From an uncultured Planctomycetaceae bacterium (GTDB lineage: Bacteria > Planctomycetota > Planctomycetia > Planctomycetales > Planctomycetaceae), in assembly GCA_963813715.1 (NCBI GenBank), contig CAWFAK010000007.1, positions 864,001 to 928,000 of the forward strand: a stretch of DNA of 64,000 nucleotides, in the 5' to 3' direction. The notes below the pieces were generated by a model. The model was not told the origin of the DNA, did no database searches, and saw only the letters and a program-made list of their open reading frames with translations. The position numbers and the translations under genes are program-made. Position 1 is the first letter of the stretch; each line of letters opens with the position of its first letter. Positions 58,895-64,000 of this stretch are shown here, piece after piece.

Positions 58895-60595
58895 TCAGGC
58901 GGTGCGGCGTTCCAGGATCTCGCGCACCTCTTTGGTCGGATCGTCTTCAACGTGGCACGGCGTGTCGAAAATCATTGTCGCGCGTTTGTCCGCGGTGTAA
59001 GCCGGCCAGTTTGGCAAGCCGGCGTGGTTCGGATTTCCGTTGCGGGCCATCGCCGCCCAGGCCCCGGCCGTCGCGGCTTCGAGTTCGTGCATCGACGGGT
59101 TGATCGGGCCAACCATGCTCTCGCACAGATCGATGTGGTCGAACGCGAACGGAATTTCCATCGTGTGCGGAGCGTGCAGACTCATCACCGGCGTCTCCCA
59201 CGCAAACACGTAGAGGTACGTCGGTCCTTTGCCAAGCGCCTCGCGGCGTTCCGCCAGGCGGATCGAACTCATCGCCTGGATATCCGTCCCGATGAACGTG
59301 GACAAATCATAAGGGCTCGCCTTGGGGTATTTGCGGCGATAGCTGGCGATCACGTCCGGGGCGGCATCGCCCAGCCCGCGCTTGGCGCTTTTCAAGAGAC
59401 CCGCGTCGTCGAGCTTGCCGAACGTCGGCGAGTCGATGTCGTAAACCGTCCGTTCGGTGCGCGTGTAGCCGACGATGACCGGGATCTCCTCGGAGATGGC
59501 GGGCGCGACCGGATCGAACGGCTGCGTCGGCAGAGCCTTGCCGTCGACGACAGGCCGGGTCCCCAAACCGGGTCGCCCGCTCGCTGGATCCAGGCGGACC
59601 GCGGATGCATCCCCGGCGGCAATCAGCTGCTCGACCGGAATCTTTTGCAGATCGCGAGCCTGCGCGGAAGTCAGCCCGAGCTTTTTCAACACCTTCTGGG
59701 TGAATTCGTTGGCAGTTTCGGGAGTGCCCACGCGTAGGGCCGCGCCGCTTTCAATTGCCGCACGATGAAAAAGCCCCTTGGCGGCGGGCATCGCCAGCAA
59801 AGTCGAGACTTTGGCGCCGCCTCCCGACTGGCCGAAGATCATCACGTTGTTCGGATCGCCGCCGAACTGACTGATGTTGTCGCGGACCCATTGCAAAGCG
59901 GCTACCAGATCGAGCTGGCCGGCATTCCCCGAACCCGCGAACTCCGGCCCGGCAACATCATCGAGATACAGGTATCCGAGGACGTTGAGCCGGTGGTTCA
60001 CGCTCACGACTACCACATCCTGATGTCGCGCCAGACCGCCCCCTTCGTAGCCCAGAGCGCTTCCGCTCCCCTGCTCAAAGCCGCCTCCGTGCATCCAGAC
60101 CATGACGGGCCGCTTGACGCCGTCGTTGAGCCCTTTGCTCCACACGTCGAGGCACAGGCAATCTTCGCTAGGGCCCACCTTCGAGGCAGGACGCAAGACG
60201 CCGAAGAATTCGAGCTGTTTCGCCCCGCGCGGCCGGCGCGATTGCGGTGCGAAATGCCCGTACTCGAAAGCGTCCCGCACGCCCGTCCAGGGCTCTTCTT
60301 GCAGCGGCGGCAGAAATCGCCGCGCGCCGCCGGTCGGCGCGCCATACGGAATCCCCTTGAAGACGTGCACGCCCTGCACGGTCTTGCCCCGCACTTTGCC
60401 CGACCGCGTCGAGACGGGCGGCGTAACATCTGCGGAGCCTTCCTCCGCGTAACTGCGCCAGAGCGCGCCGGGAACCAACGCACCCAGCGTTGCGGCTCCG
60501 GCGAATTTCCCCGCGGTCGCCAGGAACAGCCGACGATCCATTTCCGACCAACGCTCGTTTCGCACCTGTTTTGCGGACATCCCAGACTCCTTCAC
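58895..60595 (-). CDS. Type-B carboxylesterase with Tat signal
   Basis: [31 protein letters not shown] nucleophile, HTMEIPF. Confidence 0.93.
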   Translation of the reverse strand: MKESGMSAKQVRNERWSEMDRRLFLATAGKFAGAATLGALVPGALWRSYAEEGSADVTPPVSTRSGKVRGKTVQGVHVFKGIPYGAPTGGARRFLPPLQEEPWTGVRDAFEYGHFAPQSRRPRGAKQLEFFGVLRPASKVGPSEDCLCLDVWSKGLNDGVKRPVMVWMHGGGFEQGSGSALGYEGGGLARHQDVVVVSVNHRLNVLGYLYLDDVAGPEFAGSGNAGQLDLVAALQWVRDNISQFGGDPNNVMIFGQSGGGAKVSTLLAMPAAKGLFHRAAIESGAALRVGTPETANEFTQKVLKKLGLTSAQARDLQKIPVEQLIAAGDASAVRLDPASGRPGLGTRPVVDGKALPTQPFDPVAPAISEEIPVIVGYTRTERTVYDIDSPTFGKLDDAGLLKSAKRGLGDAAPDVIASYRRKYPKASPYDLSTFIGTDIQAMSSIRLAERREALGKGPTYLYVFAWETPVMSLHAPHTMEIPFAFDHIDLCESMVGPINPSMHELEAATAGAWAAMARNGNPNHAGLPNWPAYTADKRATMIFDTPCHVEDDPTKEVREILERRTA

Positions 60596-60658
60596 AAAGT
60601 GACTGCAGTTCGTTTGAGAGAGACTTGGATCAAGCGCGACACGTATCGCTCAGTCCGA

Positions 60659-62019
60659 TCAGTTAAACGTGACAAAAATCGTCCCCTCGCTGGCCGCCTT
60701 CCAGTTGGGGACGTGCAGCACGTGGCCGTTCAGGTCGAACGTGATTGTCTCCGGCTTGGCGGTGGGCACGTAGACGTCGGCCGCCGTGATGAACGGCATG
60801 CTCCACATCCCGCCCTCGGGGAGCGCGGCGTCGGTCTTCTTGTTTTGATTGGCGTCGAACAGGTAGAAGCCGACCTTCGTCCCGCGCTCCGGGGCAATTT
60901 TGTCGGTGGCGATCTCGGTGCCGTTCACCTTCAGACTATCGCGACCGGCGATGATTGCGCCGTTGAGTTGCGACACGACCATCATCGACGAGTCATCGGT
61001 GAGGTTGAAGGCCTTCTCCAGTCGCACGGTTGCCGCGTCCTTCGGGTCGCGCGTCTTCAAGTAGACCAAGAGATCGGTTCGCTCGTACGGCTCGCGATAG
61101 AAATGGATGGCGCGCGCCCCGCCCGACGCGAGGCAGAACTCGTAACGCTCGCCCGGCTGGGCGCGGAACGGGCCCCAGCGGCCGTCTTTGTCCACGGTGA
61201 AACTCGCATCCGCCTGCTGGTGCTTTCGCCGGCCGGTGTCTGCCGCAATCTCGTAGACCTCCACGGTCGCCCCAGCGAGCGGCGTGTTGGGGCCGAAGAT
61301 TTTGACGAAACCGCCGACGGCAATCGGCTCCTGGGGACGAACGTCGAGCGTTTGAGGCGCTTTGCCCCCGTTGAAGAATGAAAAGACCTTCTCGAACGAT
61401 TCGGTGCCCGTTGCCGCACCGACGTGGTCCGGCTTCTCGAGCACGACGTGTTGCGCCCCTCTCTTGCTGTTCCGGGTCCGGCAATTTTGTCCCCTTTCGA
61501 TCCGATGACGAGGGTCGGCACGCCCCCTTCGTTGCCGGCCGCCCGCCCCGCGATGTTCGCGTAATGCGCGACCTTGGCCGCGCGCTTCGGATCCGACAGG
61601 TAATCCTTGCTGACCCCCGTTCCCCGCGAATGGCCGACGAGATCGATCTTGTCGAAACCGGTGCGTGCGCGGACCGCATCGATGAATTTGTCCAACGGCT
61701 CGGCTCCGCCGCTGGGTCCCATCGAGTTGTAGTCGTAAACGTTGATCCACGTCGGCGGATAGCCGTTGCTCTCGAAGAGCTTCGCGGGCCGTTCGTATTG
61801 TTCGCCCGAGCCGGCGAAGCCGTGGACGAAGACGATCGGGCGAAACGATTTGTTGGCCCCCGCATCCACGTCGCCGCTCCAGCGCAGCGCTTCATCGGCG
61901 GCCATGGCCCGGGGACCGACGGCGATTGCCGCGAGGCAGACGGCCCGCGTGATGGCTTGCCGCAGATTGAAGTGACCGTCCGGCTTCGAGCTGCCCCGCT
62001 TCATCAGGTTTCGCTTCAT
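60659..62019 (-). CDS. Exported alpha/beta hydrolase (lipase-like; frameshift near 61460)
   Basis: PIVFVHGFAGS, DLVGHSRG; the C-terminal part continues in ORF 60659-61750. Confidence 0.8.
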
Positions 62020-62309
62020 TTCTTCCCCTTCTTCCACTCCCTCTCGCCCTCATCGGCGACCGGAAAACGGCCCATCGTCACCGGCCGATCGCTAAGGATA
62101 CCAGTCTCGATCGATGCCCGGCAGCAAGATTTCGCCAGGTCGCGAACATTACAAACTGTCTGCTTTCTCCACCCTGCCGATCGCGGAACGCCGATCGCCG
62201 TCGGCTCAGGAATGGTGACTTGCGGGCAACTACTTTCGGCGCGGCCGCCGCAGTAGAATGGCGGTCCAGCAGCCTCGCTTACACACCTGCAGACGAAAGG
62301 ATCTGTCGC

Positions 62310-62852
62310 ATGAAAATCGTTGCTTCTCTGTTACTGTCGGCCGCAGTCATGGTTTTGAGTTCGGGCGTTTCGTTCGCACAAGCCGCCGGGGAAGGCATGA
62401 AGGCGGTTTGCGTGCTCGAGCCGATCGGCAAGAGCGGCGTCACCGGGACGGTTGTGTTCGAGATGGTCAACAATCACGTTCACGTCAGCGGCAAGATCAG
62501 CGGATTGGCGCCGGGCAAGCACGGCTTTCACGTCCATCAATTCGGCGATCTCTCCGACAGCGAGAAGGGCGAATCGGCGGGCGGACACTTCAATCCCCAC
62601 AAGATGATCCACGGCGCGCCCGACGCGCGCACGCGGCACGTCGGCGACTTGGGCAATGTCGAGGCGAACGCCGAGGGCGTCGCCGTCATCGACCAGGACG
62701 ATCGGCTGATCAAGCTGTCCGGCGGCGATTCGATCATCGGCCGCTCGGTCGTCGTGCACGCCAAGCCGGACAATTTCGGGCAGCCGACGGGCAACGCGGG
62801 CGGACGCGTCGCGGTCGGCATCATCGGCTGGGCCAACCCGAAGACGAAGTAG
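62310..62852 (+). CDS. sodC: Cu/Zn superoxide dismutase
   Basis: Signal peptide; HGFHVH, SAGGHFNP, HGAP, RHVGDLGN, GRSVVVH, GNAGGR. Confidence 0.95.
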   Translation: MKIVASLLLSAAVMVLSSGVSFAQAAGEGMKAVCVLEPIGKSGVTGTVVFEMVNNHVHVSGKISGLAPGKHGFHVHQFGDLSDSEKGESAGGHFNPHKMIHGAPDARTRHVGDLGNVEANAEGVAVIDQDDRLIKLSGGDSIIGRSVVVHAKPDNFGQPTGNAGGRVAVGIIGWANPKTK

Positions 62853-62870
62853 ACACAAACGGCGTCAATG

Positions 62871-62949
62871 GGCGAGCGGCGGGTGTAAGGCCGCCGGTTC
62901 TTGCGATTCTGAATTTCAAGAACCGGCGGGCTTACACCCGCCGCTCGCC
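62871..62949. repeat. REP-like inverted repeat between convergent genes (half copy also at ~54470-54501)
   Basis: GGCGAGCGGCGGGTGTAAGGCCGCCGGTTCTTG ... CAAGAACCGGCGGGCTTACACCCGCCGCTCGCC. Confidence 0.8.
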
Positions 62950-62963
62950 TTAGACTTTGCGCG

Positions 62964-64000
62964 TCAGCCCTTGATGACGCCGATCGGGCGCAGGCGAGCG
63001 ACCTTTTTGGCCAGTCCCGCGCGGTGCACGACCTCCACGACGAGGTCGACGTCCTTGTAGGCGTCGGGCTGTTCCTCGGCCAGGCCCTGCCACGAGCGGG
63101 CCTGCGCGATCACGCCGCGCTGCCGCAGCTCCTGGTCGATTCTCCGCCCCTTCGACTGCTTGACGGCTGCTGTGCGACTCATCAGCCGCCCCGCGCCGTG
63201 GCACGCGCTGCCGAAGGTTTGCTCCATGCTGCCGGGCTGACCCAACAGCACCCAGCTGGCCCGACCCATGTCGCCGGGAATCAGCACGGGCTGACCGACC
63301 TCGTGATAATCGGCGGGCAGCTCGGCGTGATGAGGCGGATAGGCGCGTGTCGCCCCCTTGCGGTGGACCCACACGCGCTTGGCCGTGCCGTCGACGTCGT
63401 GCTCCTCGAACTTGGCGATGTTGTGGGCCACGTCGTAAACCAGCTCGAGCCCCAGCTCGTCCCACGTCCGCCCGAAGATCCGCTCGAAGACTTCCCGCGC
63501 CTGCCACATGAGCAGTTGGCGGTTGCCCCAGGCGAAGTTTGCGGCCGCCCGCATCGCGCCGAGATAGTGCTGCCCCTCGTGGCTGTGCACTGGCGCAGGC
63601 CAACTGTCGGTCGGGCAGCTCGATGCCGTATTTTTCGGGCACTCCCCGCAAAGCGCGCAGGCGCGTCGTCGCAGACCTGGTAACCGAGGCCTCGCGAGCC
63701 GGAATGAATCATCACGCAGACCATCTTCTCGGCCAGGCCAAGCGTGGCGAGCGCCTCCGCATCAAACACGCGGTCGACCACCTGCACCTCCAGGAAGTGG
63801 TTGCCCGAGCCGAGCGTGCCGCACTGGTCGTACCCCCGATCGAGGGCGCGGTCGCTGACGAAATCGGGGCGGGCGCCTTCCAGACAGCCGCGGCCCTCCG
63901 TGAATTCGAGATCGCGCTCGGTCGCCAGCCCGCGTTCTTGCAGGAACTGCGGTCCCAGCTCGAGCAAGCGCCGCAGCTCGTGGTGGTCGAACTTGTACTT
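62964..64000 (-). CDS. rtcB: RtcB RNA 3'-phosphate ligase, C-terminal part (frameshifts; 5' end outside the window)
   Basis: GTLGSGNHFLE, HSGSRGLG, DVAHNIAK, HRKGATR, PGDMG, SACHGAGR, EEQPDAYKD, PIGVIKG. Confidence 0.95.

Noticed and set aside
59765..61381. 538-aa plus-strand ORF
   Set aside because: Antisense shadow of the carboxylesterase and hydrolase genes; common in high-GC DNA.

Overview
GC-rich bacterial window, most likely a Planctomycete. This is inferred from REP-like palindromes, FHA/Ser-Thr kinase and HEAT/TPR proteins, sigma-54/ECF promoters and planctomycete-type hypothetical genes. Many genes carry single-base frameshifts, which suggests an unpolished long-read assembly. The left part (1-25 kb) is accessory DNA: an MFS transporter, a metallophosphoesterase, a sigma-54 two-component system with a three-repeat exported protein, a PAS hybrid kinase, an M43 protease and an ECF sigma/anti-sigma pair. 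It also holds an integrative element (~13.4-21.4 kb, with excisionase and tyrosine integrase). That element carries an apparently complete ubiquitin-like conjugation operon: Ubl ending -KIEGA, an E2/UBC-like enzyme fused to ten CxxC motifs, a JAB/JAMM peptidase and an E1/ThiF. The middle has hsp20 x2, PilZ, rpmA, FHA-LuxR, tRNA-Arg(ACG), a methyltransferase, a 1.3-kaa lipoprotein, PLD, SBP56, an FHA-coiled-coil-pseudokinase, DinB and tag. At 49.1-55.8 kb on the minus strand is a second notable locus. It begins with an ECF-type promoter and a 39-aa leader peptide whose stop codon lies inside an antiterminator that competes with an intrinsic terminator (a candidate translation-sensing attenuator). 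This is followed by 33 largely non-canonical tRNA genes covering all 20 amino acids, an internal HNH gene, two candidate structured ncRNAs and a slipin (SPFH) gene. The right end has a TPR protein, YdeI/OmpD, a carboxylesterase, an alpha/beta hydrolase, sodC and a partial rtcB. All calls were made by eye; no searches were run.
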